A stretch of DNA of 64,000 nt from Eledone cirrhosa. Its lineage: Eukaryota. Made by a program: the position numbers and the translations under genes. Of this stretch, positions 27,001 to 42,000 are shown piece by piece. Numbering within the stretch: the first letter of the stretch is position 1; every line of letters starts with the position of its first letter. The DNA is taken from positions 18,662,001-18,726,000 of the forward strand of contig OZ024743.1 of the NCBI GenBank assembly GCA_964016885.1, in the 5' to 3' direction. Below the pieces are notes generated by a model that saw nothing but the letters and a program-made list of their open reading frames with translations, did no database searches and was not told the origin of the DNA.

Positions 27001-30000
27001 CCATTCCACTGAATTATTTTTTTAATAAGTTTCCAGTGTCCTCGCTATGCCTTGAGACCTATACGGAAAAAGACTTTCCTGATGACGGAATGATTTTCGA
27101 TATGTTTCTTCGGAAAATATATTTGCTCCATTCCAGAAACTAATTAGTTGGAAGTGATTTTTTAGTAAGTAAGTTAATTTTATAATTTTCTTATTTTACG
27201 TCTCTCATACTATTGTTCTGCAACCCCATGCATTGAACCACATTGTTAATAAGACAAAACCTATATATTTGCTAGCATTGATATGCATCTGTGTGTATAT
27301 AAATGTTGCTACATATAAATTCCTTATAATTATCTCCAATTCATTTGTCGAGCAATATTTGGCCATGACTGCTACTATGGTAGTAAGCTGGCCGCTGTCT
27401 TAATAACCACTCGCTTTCCACTGATTCACCTCGATGTCACGTGATTGATTCTTTTTGAATTTGCTCCGGACGTAGAGGCAGTGATTTTCTCAATGGCTTG
27501 GAATCCAGTCCACGCATCGCTATTTCCATTCCACTGAATTATTTTTTTAATAAGTTTCCAGTGTCCTCGCTATGCCTGGAGACCTATACGGAAAAATACT
27601 TTCCTGATGACGGAATGATTTTCTTTGTTTCTTCGGAAAATATATTTACTCCATTCCAGAAACTAATTAGTTGGAAGTGATTTTTTAGGAAGTAAGTTAA
27701 TTTTATAATTTTCTTATTTTACGTCTCTCATATTATTGTTCTGCAACCCCATGCATTGAACCACATTGTTAATAAGACAAAACCTATATATTTGCTAGCA
27801 TTGATATGCATCTGTGTGTATATAAATGTTACTAGATATAAATTCCTTATAATTATCTCCAATTCATTTGTCGAGCAAAATTTGGCCATGACTGCTAATA
27901 TGGTAGTAAGTTGGCCGCTGTCTTAATAACCACTCGCTTTCCACTGATTGACCTCGATGTCACGTGATTGATTCTTTTTCTGAATTTGCCGCGGACGTAG
28001 AGGCAGTGATTATCTCAATGGCTTGGAATCCAGTCCAGGCATCGCTATTTCCATTCCACTGAATTATTTTTTTAATAAGTTTCCAGTGTCCTCGCTATGC
28101 CTTGAGACCTATACGGAAAAAGACTTTCCTGATGACGGAATGATTTTCGATATGTTTCTTCGGAAAATATATTTACTCCATTCCAGAAACTAATTAGTTG
28201 GAAGTGATTTTTTAGTAAGTAAGTTAATTTTATAATTTTCTTATTTTACGTCTCTCATATTATTGTTCTGCAACCCCATGCATTGAACCACGTTGTTAAT
28301 AAGACAAAACCTATGTATTTGCTAGCATTGATATGCATCTGTGTGTATATAAATGTTACTAGATATAAATTCCTTATAATTATCTCCAATTCATTTGTCG
28401 AGCAATATATGGCCATGACTGCTACTATGGTAGTAAGCTGGCCGCTGTCTTAATAACCACTCGCTTTCCACTGATTGAACTCGATATCACGTGATTGATT
28501 CTTTTTGAATTTGCCGCGGACGTAGAGACAGTGATTTTCTCAATGGCTTGGAATCCAGTCCACGCATCGCTATTTCCATTCCACTGAATTATTTTTTTAA
28601 TAAGTTTCCAGTGTCCTCGCTATGCCTGGAGACCTATACGGAAAAAGACTTTCCTGAAGACGGAATGATTTTCGATATGTTTCTTCGGAAAATATATTTA
28701 CTCCATTCCAGAAACTAATTAGTTGGAAGTGATTTTTTAGGAAGTAAGTTAATTTTATAATTTTCTTATTTTACGACTCTCATATTATTGTTCTGCAACC
28801 CCATGCATTGAACCACATTGTTAATAAGACAAAACCTATATATTTGCTAGCATTGATATGCATCTGTGTGTATATAAATGATACTAGATATACATTCCTT
28901 ATAATTATCTCCAATTCATTTGTCGAGCAATATTTGGCCATGACTCCTACTGTGGTAGTAAGCTGGCCGCTGTCTTAATAACCACTTGCTTTCCACTGAT
29001 TGACCTCGTTGTCACGTGATTGATTGTTTTTGAATTTGCCGCGGATGTAGAGGCAGTGATTTTCTCAATGGCTTGGAATCCAGTCCACGCATCGCTATTT
29101 CCATTCCACTGAATAATTTTTTTAATAAGTTTCCAGTGTCCTCGCTATGCCTGGATACCTATACGTAAAAAGTCTTTCCTGATGACGGAATTATTTTCGA
29201 TATGTTTCTTCGGAAAATATATTTACTCCATTCCAGAAACTAATTAGTTGGAAGTGATATTTTAGTAAGTAAGTTAATTTTATAATTTTCTTATCTTACG
29301 TCTCTCATATTATTGTTCTGCAAATCCATGCATTGAACCACATAGTTAATAAGACGAAACCTATGTATTTGCTAGCATTGATATGCATCTGTGTGTATAT
29401 AAATGTTACTAGATATAAATTCCTTATAATTATCTCCAATTCATTTGTCGAGCAATATTTGGCCATGACTGCTACTATGGTAGTAAGCTGGCCGCTGTCT
29501 TAATAACCACTCGCTTTCCACTGATTCACCTCGATGTCATGTGATTGATTCTTTTTGAATTTGCTCCGGACGTAGAAGCAGTGATTTTCTCAATGGCTTG
29601 GAATCCAGTCCACGCATCGCTATTTCCATTCAACTGAATTATTTTTTAATAAGTTTCCAGTGTCCTCGCTATGCCTGGAGACCTATACGGAAAAATACTT
29701 TCCTGATGACGGAATGATTTTCTTTGTTTCTTCGGAAAATATATTTACTCCATTCCAGAAACTAATTAGTTGGAAGTGATTTTTTAGGAAATAAGTTAAT
29801 TTTATAATTTTCTTATTTTACGTCTCTCATATTATTGTTCTGCAACCCCATGCATTGAACCACATTGTTAATAAGACAAAACCTATATATTTGCTAGCAT
29901 TGATATGCATCTGTGTGTATATAAATGTTACTAGATATAAATTCCTTATAATTATCTCCAATTCATTTGTCGAGCAATATTTGGCCATGACTGCTACTAT

Positions 30001-33000
30001 GGTAGTAAGCTGGCCGCTGTCTTAATAACCACTCGCTTTCCACTGATTGACCTCGATGTCACATGATTGATTCTTTTTGAATTTGCCGCGGACGTAGAGA
30101 CAGTGATTTTCTCAATGGCTTGGAATCCAGTCCACGCATCGCTATTTCCATTCCACTGAATTATTTTTTTAATAAGTTTCCAGTGTCCTCGCTATGCCTG
30201 GAGACCTATACGGGAAAAATACGTTCCTGATGACGGAATGATTTTCTTTGTTTCTTCGGAAAATATATTTACTCCATTCCAGAAACTAATTAGTTGGAAG
30301 TGATTTTTTAGGAAGTAAGTTAATTTTATAATTTTCTTATTTTACGTCTCTCATATTATTGTTCTGCAACCCCATGCATTGAACCACATTGTTAATAAGA
30401 CAAAACCTATATATTTGCAAGCATTGATATGCATCTGTGTGTAAATAAATGTTACTAGATATAAATTCCTTATAATTATCTCCAATTCATTTGTCGAGCA
30501 ATATTTGGCCATGACTGCTTATATGGTAGTAAGCTGGCCGCTGTCTTAATAACCACTCGCTTTCCACTGATTCACCTCGATGTCACGTGATTGATTCTTT
30601 TTCTGAATTTGCCGCGGACGTAGAGGCACTGATTTTCTCAATGGCTTGGAATCCAGTCCAGGCATCGCTATTTCCATTCCACTGAATTATTTTTTTAATA
30701 AGTTTCCAGTGTCCTCGCTATGCCTGGAGACCTATACGGGAAAAGACTTTCCTGATGACGGAAAGATTTTCTATATGTTTCTTCGGAAAATATATTTACT
30801 CCAATCCAGAAACTAATTAGTTGGAAGTGATTTTTCAGTAAGTAAGTTAATTTTATAATTTTCTTATTTTACGTCTCTCATATTATTGTTCTGCAACCCC
30901 ATGCATTGAACCACATTGTTAATAAGTCAAAACCTATATATTTGCTAGCATTGATATGCATGTGTGTGTATATAAATGTTACTAGATATAAATTCCTTAT
31001 AATTATCTCCAATTCATTTGTCGAGCAATATTTGGCCATGACTGCTACTATGGTAGTAAGCTGGCCGCTGTCTTAATAACCACTCGCTTTCCACTGATTC
31101 ACCTCGATGTCACGTGATTGATTCTTTTTGAATTTGCTCCGGACGTAGAGGCAGTGATTTTCTCAATGGCTTGGAATCCAGTCCAGGCATCGCTATTTCC
31201 ATTCCACTGAATTATTTTTTTAATAAGTTTCCAGTGTCCTCGCTATGCCTTGAGACCTATACGGAAAAAGACTTTCCTGATGACGGAATGATTTTCGATA
31301 TGTTTCTTCGGAAAATATATTTACTCCATTCCAGAAACTAATTAGTTGGAAGTGATTTTTTAGTAAGTAAGTTAATTTTATAATTTTCTTATTTTACGTC
31401 TCTCATATTATTGTTCTGCAACCCCATGCATTGAACCACGTTGTTAATAAGACAAAACCTATGTATTTGCTAGCATTGATATGCATCTGTGTGTATATAA
31501 ATGTTACTAGATATAAATTCCTTATAATTATCTCCAATTCATTTGTCGAGCAATATATGGCCATGACTGCTACTATGGTAGTAAGCTGGCCGCTGTCTTA
31601 ATAACCACTCGCTTTCCACTGATTGAACTCGATATCACGTGATTGATTCTTTTTGAATTTGCCGCGGACGTAGAGACAGTGATTTTCTCAATGGCTTGGA
31701 ATCCAGTCCACGCATCGCTATTTCCATTCCACTGAATTATTTTTTTAATAAGTTTCCAGTGTCCTCGCTATGCCTGGAGACCTATACGGAAAAAGACTTT
31801 CCTGAAGACGGAATGATTTTCGATATGTTTCTTCGGAAAATATATTTACTCCATTCCAGAAACTAATTAGTTGGAAGTGATTTTTTAGGAAGTAAGTTAA
31901 TTTTATAATTTTCTTATTTTACGACTCTCATATTATTGTTCTGCAACCCCATGCATTGAACCACATTGTTAATAAGACAAAACCTATATATTTGCTAGCA
32001 TTGATATGCATCTGTGTGTATATAAATGATACTAGATATACATTCCTTATAATTATCTCCAATTCATTTGTCGAGCAATATTTGGCCATGACTCCTACTG
32101 TGGTAGTAAGCTGGCCGCTGTCTTAATAACCACTTGCTTTCCACTGATTGACCTCGTTGTCACGTGATTGATTGTTTTTGAATTTGCCGCGGATGTAGAG
32201 GCAGTGATTTTCTCAATGGCTTGGAATCCAGTCCACGCATCGCTATTTCCATTCCACTGAATAATTTTTTTAATAAGTTTCCAGTGTCCTCGCTATGCCT
32301 GGATACCTATACGTAAAAAGTCTTTCCTGATGACGGAATTATTTTCGATATGTTTCTTCGGAAAATATATTTACTCCATTCCAGAAACTAATTAGTTGGA
32401 AGTGATATTTTAGTAAGTAAGTTAATTTTATAATTTTCTTATCTTACGTCTCTCATATTATTGTTCTGCAAATCCATGCATTGAACCACATAGTTAATAA
32501 GACGAAACCTATGTATTTGCTAGCATTGATATGCATCTGTGTGTATATAAATGTTACTAGATATAAATTCCTTATAATTATCTCCAATTCATTTGTCGAG
32601 CAATATTTGGCCATGACTGCTACTATGGTAGTAAGCTGGCCGCTGTCTTAATAACCACTCGCTTTCCACTGATTCACCTCGATGTCATGTGATTGATTCT
32701 TTTTGAATTTGCTCCGGACGTAGAGGCAGTGATTTTCTCAATGGCTTGGAATCCAGTCCACGCATCGCTATTTCCATTCAACTGAATTATTTTTTAATAA
32801 GTTTCCAGTGTCCTCGCTATGCCTGGAGACCTATACGGAAAAATACTTTCCTGATGACGGAATGATTTTCTTTGTTTCTTCGGAAAATATATTTACTCCA
32901 TTCCAGAAACTAATTAGTTGGAAGTGATTTTTTAGGAAATAAGTTAATTTTATAATTTTCTTATTTTACGTCTCTCATATTATTGTTCTGCAACCCCATG

Positions 33001-36000
33001 CATTGAACCACATTGTTAATAAGACAAAACCTATATATTTGCTAGCATTGATATGCATCTGTGTGTATATAAATGTTACTAGATATAAATTCCTTATAAT
33101 TATCTCCAATTCATTTGTCGAGCAATATTTGGCCATGACTGCTACTATGGTAGTAAGCTGGCCGCTGTCTTAATAACCACTCGCTTTCCACTGATTGACC
33201 TCGATGTCACATGATTGATTCTTTTTGAATTTGCCGCGGACGTAGAGACAGTGATTTTCTCAATGGCTTGGAATCCAGTCCACGCATCGCTATTTCCATT
33301 CCACTGAATTATTTTTTTAATAAGTTTCCAGTGTCCTCGCTATGCCTGGAGACCTATACGGGAAAAGACTTTCCTGATGACGGAAAGATTTTCTATATGT
33401 TTCTTCGTAAAATATATTTACTCCAATCCAGAAACTAATTAGTTGGAAGTGATTTTTCAGTAAGTAAGTTAATTTTATAATTTTCTTATTTTACGTCTCT
33501 CATATTATTGTTCTGCAACCCCATGCATTGAACCACATTGTTAATAAGACAAAACCTATATATTTGCTAGCATTGATATGCATGTGTGTGTATATAAATG
33601 TTACTAGATATAAATTCCTTATAATTATCTCCAATTCATTTGTCGAGCAATATTTGGCCATGACTGCTACTATGGTAGTAAGCTGGCCGCTGTCTTAATA
33701 ACCACTCGCTTTCCACTGATTCACCTCGATGTCACGTGATTGATTCTTTTTGAATTTGCTCCGGACGTAGAGGCAGTGATTTTCTCAATGGCTTGGAATC
33801 CAGTCCACGCATCGCTATTTCCATTCCACTGAATTATTTTTTTAATAAGTTTCCAGTGTCCTCGCTATGCCTGGAGACCTATACGGGAAAAATACGTTCC
33901 TGATGACGGAATGATTTTCTTTGTTTCTTCGGAAAATATATTTACTCCATTCCAGAAACTAATTAGTTGGAAGTGATTTTTTAGGAAGTAAGTTAATTTT
34001 ATAATTTTCTTATTTTACGTCTCTCATATTATTGTTCTGCAACCCCATGCATTGAACCACATTGTTAATAAGACAAAACCTATATATTTGCAAGCATTGA
34101 TATGCATCTGTGTGTAAATAAATGTTACTAGATATAAATTCCTTATAATTATCTCCAATTCATTTGTCGAGCAATATTTGGCCATGACTGCTTATATGGT
34201 AGTAAGCTGGCCGCTGTCTTAATAACCACTCGCTTTCCACTGATTCACCTCGATGTCACGTGATTGATTCTTTTTCTGAATTTGCCGCGGACGTAGAGGC
34301 ACTGATTTTCTCAATGGCTTGGAATCCAGTCCAGGCATCGCTATTTCCATTCCACTGAATTATTTTTTTAATAAGTTTCCAGTGTCCTCGCTATGCCTGG
34401 AGACCTATACGGGAAAAGACTTTCCTGATGACGGAAAGATTTTCTATATGTTTCTTCGGAAAATATATTTACTCCAATCCAGAAACTAATTAGTTGGAAG
34501 TGATTTTTCAGTAAGTAAGTTAATTTTATAATTTTCTTATTTTACGTCTCTCATATTATTGTTCTGCAACCCCATGCATTGAACCACATTGTTAATAAGT
34601 CAAAACCTATATATTTGCTAGCATTGATATGCATGTGTGTGTATATAAATGTTACTAGATATAAATTCCTTATAATTATCTCCAATTCATTTGTCGAGCA
34701 ATATTTGGCCATGACTGCTACTATGGTAGTAAGCTGGCCGCTGTCTTAATAACCACTCGCTTTCCACTGATTCACCTCGATGTCACGTGATTGATTCTTT
34801 TTGAATTTGCTCCGGACGTAGAGGCAGTGATTTTCTCAATGGCTTGGAATCCAGTCCACGCATCGCTATTTCCATTCCACTGAATTATTTTTTTAATAAG
34901 TTTCCAGTGTCCTCGCTATGCCTGGAGACCTATACGGAAAAATACTTTCCTGATGACGGAATGATTTTCTTTGTTTCTTCGGAAAATATATTTACTCCAT
35001 TCCAGAAACTAATTAGTTGGAAGTGATTTTTTAGGAAGTAAGTTAATTTTATAATTTTCTTATTTTACGTCTCTCATATTATTGTTCTGCAACCCCATGC
35101 ATTGAACCACATTGTTAATAAGACAAAACCTATATATTTGCTAGCATTGATATGCATCTGTGTGTAAATAAATGTTACTAGATATAAATTCCTTATAATT
35201 ATCTCCAATTCATTTGTCGAGCAATATTTGGCCATGACTGCTAATATGGTAGTAAGCTGGCCGCTGTCTTAATAACCACTCGCTTTCCACTGATTCACCT
35301 CGATGTCACGTGATTGATTCTTTTTCTGAATTTGCCGCGGACGTAGAGGCACTGATTTTCTCAATGGCTTGGAATCCAGTCCAGGCATCGCTATTTCCAT
35401 TCCACTGAATTATTTTTTTAATAAGTTTCCAGTGTCCTCGCTATGCCTTGAGACCTATACGGAAAAAGACTTTCCTGATGACGGAATGATTTTCGATATG
35501 TTTCTTCGGAAAATATATTTACTCCATTCCAGAAACTAATTAGTTGGAAGTGATTTTTTAGTAAGTAAGTTAATTTTATAATTTTCTTATTTTACGTCTC
35601 TCATATTATTGTTCTGCAACCCCATGCATTGAACCACGTTGTTAATAAGACAAAACCTATGTATTTGCTAGCATTGATATGCATCTGTGTGTATATAAAT
35701 GTTACTAGATATAAATTCCTTATAATTATCTCCAATTCATTTGTCGAGCTATATTTGGCCATGACTGCTACTATGGTAGTAAGCTGGCCGCTGTCTTAAT
35801 AACCACTTGCTTTCCACTGATTGAACTCGATATCACGTGATTGATTCTTTTTGAATTTGCCGCGGACGTAGAGGCAGTGATTTACACAATGGCTTGGAAT
35901 CCAGTCCACGCATAGCTATTTCCATTCCACTGAATTATTTTTGTAATATGTTTCCAGTGTCCTCGCTATGCCTGGAGACCTATACGGAAAAAGACTTTCC

Positions 36001-39000
36001 TGATGACGGAATGATTTTCTTTATCTTTCTTCGGAAAATATATTTACTCCATTCCAGAAACTAATTAGTTGGAAGTGATTTTTTAGGAAGTAATTTAATT
36101 TCATAATTTTCTTATTTTACGACTCTCATATTATTGTTCTGCAACCCCATGCATTGAACCACATTGTTAATAAGACAAAACATATATATTTGCTAGCATT
36201 GATATGCATCTGTGTGTATATAAATGTTACTAGATATAAATTCCTTATAATTATCTCCAATTCATTTGTCGAGCAATATTTGGCCATGACTGCTACTATG
36301 GTAGTAAGCTGGCCGCTGTCTTAATAACTACTCGCTTTCCACTTATTGACCTCGATGTCACGTGATTGATTGTTTTTGAATTTGCCGCGGATGTAGAGGC
36401 AGTGATTTTCTCAATGGCTTGGAATCCAGTCCACGCATCGCTATTTCCATTCCACTGAATTATTTTTTTAATAAGTTTCCAGTGTCCTCGCTATGCCTGG
36501 ATACCTATACGTAAAAAGTCTTTCCTGATGACGGAATTATTTTCGATATGTTTCTTCTGAAAATATATTTACTCCATTCCAGAAACTAATTAGTTGGAAC
36601 TGATTTTTTAGTAAGTAAGTTAATTTTATAATTTTCTTATCTTACGTCTCTCATATTATTGTTCTGCAACCCCATGCATTGAACCACATAGTTAATAAGA
36701 CGAAACCTATGTATTTGTTAGCATTGATATGCATCTGTTTGTATATAAATGTTACTAGATAAAAATTCCTTACAATTATCTCCAATTCATTTGTCGAGCA
36801 ATATTTGGCCATGACTGCTACTATGGTAGTAAGCTGGCCGCTGTCTTAATAACCACTCGCTTTCCACTGATTCACCTCGATGTCACGTGATTGATTCTTT
36901 TTGAATTTGCTCCGGACGTAGAGGCAGTGATTTTCTCAATGGCTTGGAATCCAGTCCACGCATCGCTATTTCCATTCAACTGAATTATTTTTTGAATAAG
37001 TTTCCAGTGTCCTCGCTATGCCTGGAGACCTATACGGGAAAAGACTTTCCTGATGATGGAAAGATTTTCTATATGTTTCTTCGGAAAATATATTTACTCC
37101 ATTCCAGAAACTAATTAGTTGGAAGTGATTTTTCAGTAAGTAAGTTAATTTTATAATTTTCTTATTTTACGTCTCTCATATTATTGTTCTGCAACCCCAT
37201 GCATTGAACCACATTGTTAATAAGACAAAACCTATATATTTGCTAGCATTGATATGCATCAGTGTGTAAATAAATGTTACTAGATATAAATTCCTTATAA
37301 TTATCTCCAATTCATTTCTCGAGCAATATTTGGCCATGACTGCTACTATGGTAGTAAGCTGGCCGCTGTCTTAATAACCACTCGCTTTCCACTGATTGAC
37401 CTCGATGTCACGTGATTGATTGTTTTTGAATTTGCCGCAGATGTAGAGGCAGTGATTTTCTCAATGGCTTGGAATCCAGTCCACGCATCGCTATTTCCAT
37501 TCCACTGAATTATATTTTTAATAAGTTTCCAGTGTCCTCGCTATGCCTGGATACCTATACGTAAAAAGTCTTTCCTGATGACGGAATTATTTTCGATATG
37601 TTTCTTCTGAAAATATATTTACTCCATTCCAGAAACTAATTAGTTGGAAGTGATTTTTTAGTAAGTAAGTTAATTTTATAATTTTCTTATCTTACGTCTC
37701 TCATATTATTGTTCTGCAACCCCATGCATTGAACCACATAGTTAATAAGACGAAACCTATGTATTTGCTAGCATTGATATGCATCTGTGTGTATATAAAT
37801 GTTACTAGATAAAAATTCCTTATAATTATCTCCAATTCATTTGTCGAGCAATATTTGGCCATGACTGCTACTATGGTAGTAAGCTGGCCGCTGTCTTAAT
37901 AACCACTCGCTTTCCACTGATTCACCTCGATGTCACGTGATTGATTCTTTTTGAATTTGCTCCGGACGTAGAGGCAGTGATTTTCTCAATGGCTTGGAAT
38001 CCAGTCCACGCATCGCTATTTCCATTCAACTGAATTATTTTATTAATAGGTTTCCAGTGTCCTTGCTGTGCCTGGAGACCTATACGGAACAATACTTTCC
38101 TGATGACGGAATGATTTTCTTCGTTTCTTCGGAAAATATATTTACTCCATTCCAGAAACTAATTAGTTGGAAGTGATTTTTTAGGAAGTAAGTTAATTTT
38201 ATAATTTTCTTATTTTACGTCTCTCATATTATTGTTCTGCAACCCCATGCATTGAACCACATTGTTAATAAGACAAAACCTATATATTTGCTAGCATTGA
38301 TATGCATCTGTGTGTATATAAATGTTACTAGATATAAATTCCTTATAATTATCTCCAATTCATTTGTCGAGCAATATTTGGCCATGACTGCTACTATGGT
38401 AGTAAACTGGCCGCTGTCTTAATAACCACTCGCTTTCCACTGATTGACCTCGATATCACGTGATTGATTCTTTTTGAATCTGCCGCGGATGTAGAGGCAG
38501 TGATTTTCTCAATGGCTTGGAATCCAGTCCACGCATCGCTATTTCCATTCCACTGAATTATTTTTTGAATAAGTTTCCAGTGTCCTCGCTATGCCTTGAG
38601 ACCTATACGGAAAAAGACTTTCCTGATGACGGAATGATTTTCGATATGTTTCTTCGGAAAATATATTTACTCCATTCCAGAAACTAATTAGTTGGAAGTG
38701 ATTTTTTAGTAAGTAAGTTAATTTTATAATTTTCTTATTTTACGTCTCTCATATTATTGTTCTGCAACCCCATGCATTGAACCACATTGTTAATAAGACA
38801 AAAACTATATATTTGCTAGCATTGATATGCATGTGTGTGTATATAAATATTACTAGATATAAATTCCTTATAATTATCTCCAATTCATTTGTCGAGCAAT
38901 ATTTGGCCATGACTGCTACTATGGTAGTAAGCTGGCCGCTGTCTTAATAACCACTCGCTTTCCACTGATTCACCTCGATGTCACGTGATTGATTCTTTTT

Positions 39001-42000
39001 GAATTTGCCGCGGACGTAGAGGCAGTGATTTTCTCAATGGCTTGGAATCCAGTCCACGCATCGCTATTTCCATTCCACTGAATTATTTTTTTAATAAGTT
39101 TCCAGTGTCCTCGCTATGCCTGGAGACCTATACGGAAAAATACTTTCCTGATGACGGAATGATTTTCTTTGTTTCTTCGGAAAATATATTTACTCCATTC
39201 CAGAAACTAATTAGTTGGAAGTGATTTTTTAGGAAGTAAGTTAATTTTATAATTTTTTTATTTTACGTCTCTCATATTATTTTTCTGCAACCCCATGCAT
39301 TGAACCACATTGTTAATAAGACAAAACCTATATATTTACTAGCATTGATATGCAACTGCGTGTATATAAATGTTGCTACATATAAATTCCTTATAATTAT
39401 CTCCAATTCATTTGTCGAGCAATATTTGGCCATGACTGCTACTATGGTAGTAAGCTGGCCGCCGTCTTAATAACCACTCGCTTTCCACTGATTGACCTCC
39501 ATGTCAGATGATTGATTCTTTTTGAATTTGCCGCGGACGTAGAGGCAGTGATTTTCTCAATGGCTTGGAATCCAGTCCACGCATCGCTATTTCCATTCCA
39601 CTGAATTATTTTTTTAATAAGTTTCCAGTGTCCTCGCTATGCCTTGAGACCTATACGGAAAAAGACTTTCCTGATGACGGAATGATTTTCGATATCTTCG
39701 AAAAATATATTTACTCCATTCCAGAAACTAATTAGTTGGAAGTGATTTTTTAGTAAGTAAGTTAATTTTATAATTTTCTTATTTTACGTCTCTCATATTA
39801 TTGTTCTGCAACCCCATGCATTGAACCACATTGTTAATAAGACAAAAACTATATATTTGCTAGCATTGATATGCATGTGTGTGTATATAAATATTACTAG
39901 ATATAAATTCCTTATAATTATCTCCAATTCATTTGTCGAGCAATATTTGGCCATGACTGCTACTATGGTAGTAAGCTGGCCGCTGTCTTAATAACCACTC
40001 GCTTTCCACTGATTCACCTCGATGTCACGTGATTGATTCTTTTTGAATTTGCCGCGGACGTAGAGGCAGTGATTTTCTCAATGGCTTGGAATCCAGTCCA
40101 CGCATCGCTATTTCCATTCCACTGAATTATTTTTTTAATAAGTTTCCAGTGTCCTCGCTATGCCTGGAGACCTATACGGAAAAATACTTTCCTGATGACG
40201 GAATGATTTTCTTTGTTTCTTCGGAAAATATATTTACTCCATTCCAGAAACTAATTAGTTGGAAGTGATTTTTTAGGAAGTAAGTTAATTTTATAATTTT
40301 CTTATTTTACGTCTCTCATATTATTTTTCTGCAACCCCATGCATTGAACCACATTGTTAATAAGACAAAACCTATATATTTGCTAGCATTGATATGCATC
40401 AGTGTGTAAATAAATGTTACTAGATATAAATTCCTTATAATTATCTCCAATTCATTTGTCGAGCAATATTTGGCCATGACTGCTACTATGGTAGTAAACT
40501 GGCCGCTGTCTTAATAACCACTCGCTTTCCACTGATTGACCTCGATATCACGTGATTGATTCTTTTTGAATTTGCCGCGGACGTAGAGGCAGTGATTTTC
40601 TCAATGGCTTGGAATCCAGTCCACGCATCGCTATTTCCATTCCACTGAATTATTTTTTGAATAAGTTTCCAGTGTCCTCGCTATGCCTTGAGACCTATAC
40701 GGAAAAAGACTTTCCTGATGACGGAATGATTTTCGATATGTTTCTTCGGAAAATATATTTACTCCATTCCAGAAACTAATTAGTTGGAAGTGATTTTTTA
40801 GTAAATAAGTTAATTTTATAATTTTCTTATTTTACGTTTCTCATACTATTGTTCTGCAACCCCATGCATTGAACCTCATTGTTAATAAGACAAAAACTAT
40901 ATATTTGCTAGCATTGATATGCAACTGTGTGTATATAAATGTTGCTAGATATAAATTCCTTATAATTATCTCCAATTCATTTGTCGAGCAATATTTGGCC
41001 ATGACTGCTACTATGGTAGTAAGCTGGCCGCCGTCTTAATAACCACTCGCTTTCCACTGATTGACCTCCATGTCACATGATTGATTCTTTTTGAATTTGC
41101 CGCGGACGTAGAGGCAGTGATTTTCTCAATGGCTTGGAATCCAGTCCACGCATCGCTATTCCCATTCCACTGAATTATTTTTTTAATAAGTTTCCAGTGT
41201 CCTCGCTATGCCTGGAGACCTATACGGGAAAAGACTTTCCTGATGACGGAAAGATTATATATATATTTCTTCGGAAAATATATTTACTCCATTCCAGAAA
41301 CTAATTAGTTGGAAGTGATTTTTTAGTAAGTAAGTTAATTTTATAATTTTCTTATTTTACGTCTCTCATATTATTGTTCTGCAACCCCATGCATTGAACC
41401 ACATTGTTAATAAGACACAAACTATATATTTGCTAGCATTGATATGCATCTGTGTGTATATAAATGTTACTAGATATAAATTCCTTATAATTATCTCCAA
41501 TTCATTTGTCGAGCAATATTTAGCCATGACTGCTACTATGGTAGTAAGCTGGCCGCTGTCTTAATAACCACTCGCTTTCCACTGATTCACCTCGATGTCA
41601 CGTGATTGATTCTTTTTGAATTTGCTCCGGACGTAGAGGCAGTGATTTTCTCAATGGCTTGGAATCCAGTCCACGCATCGCTATTTCCATTCCACTGAAT
41701 TATTTTTTTAATAAGTTTCCAGTGTCCTCGCTATGCCTGGAGACCTATACGGAAAAATACTTTCCTGATGACGGAATGATTTTCTTTGTTTCTTCGGAAA
41801 ATATATTTACTCCATTCCAGAAACTAATTAGTTGGAAGTGATTTTTAAGGAAGTAAGTTAATTTTATAATTTTCTTATTTTACGTCTCTCATATTATTGT
41901 TCTGCAACCCCATGCATTGAACCACATTGTTAATAAGACAAAACCTATATATTTGCTAGCATTGATATGCATCTGTGTGTATATAAATGTTACTAGATAT

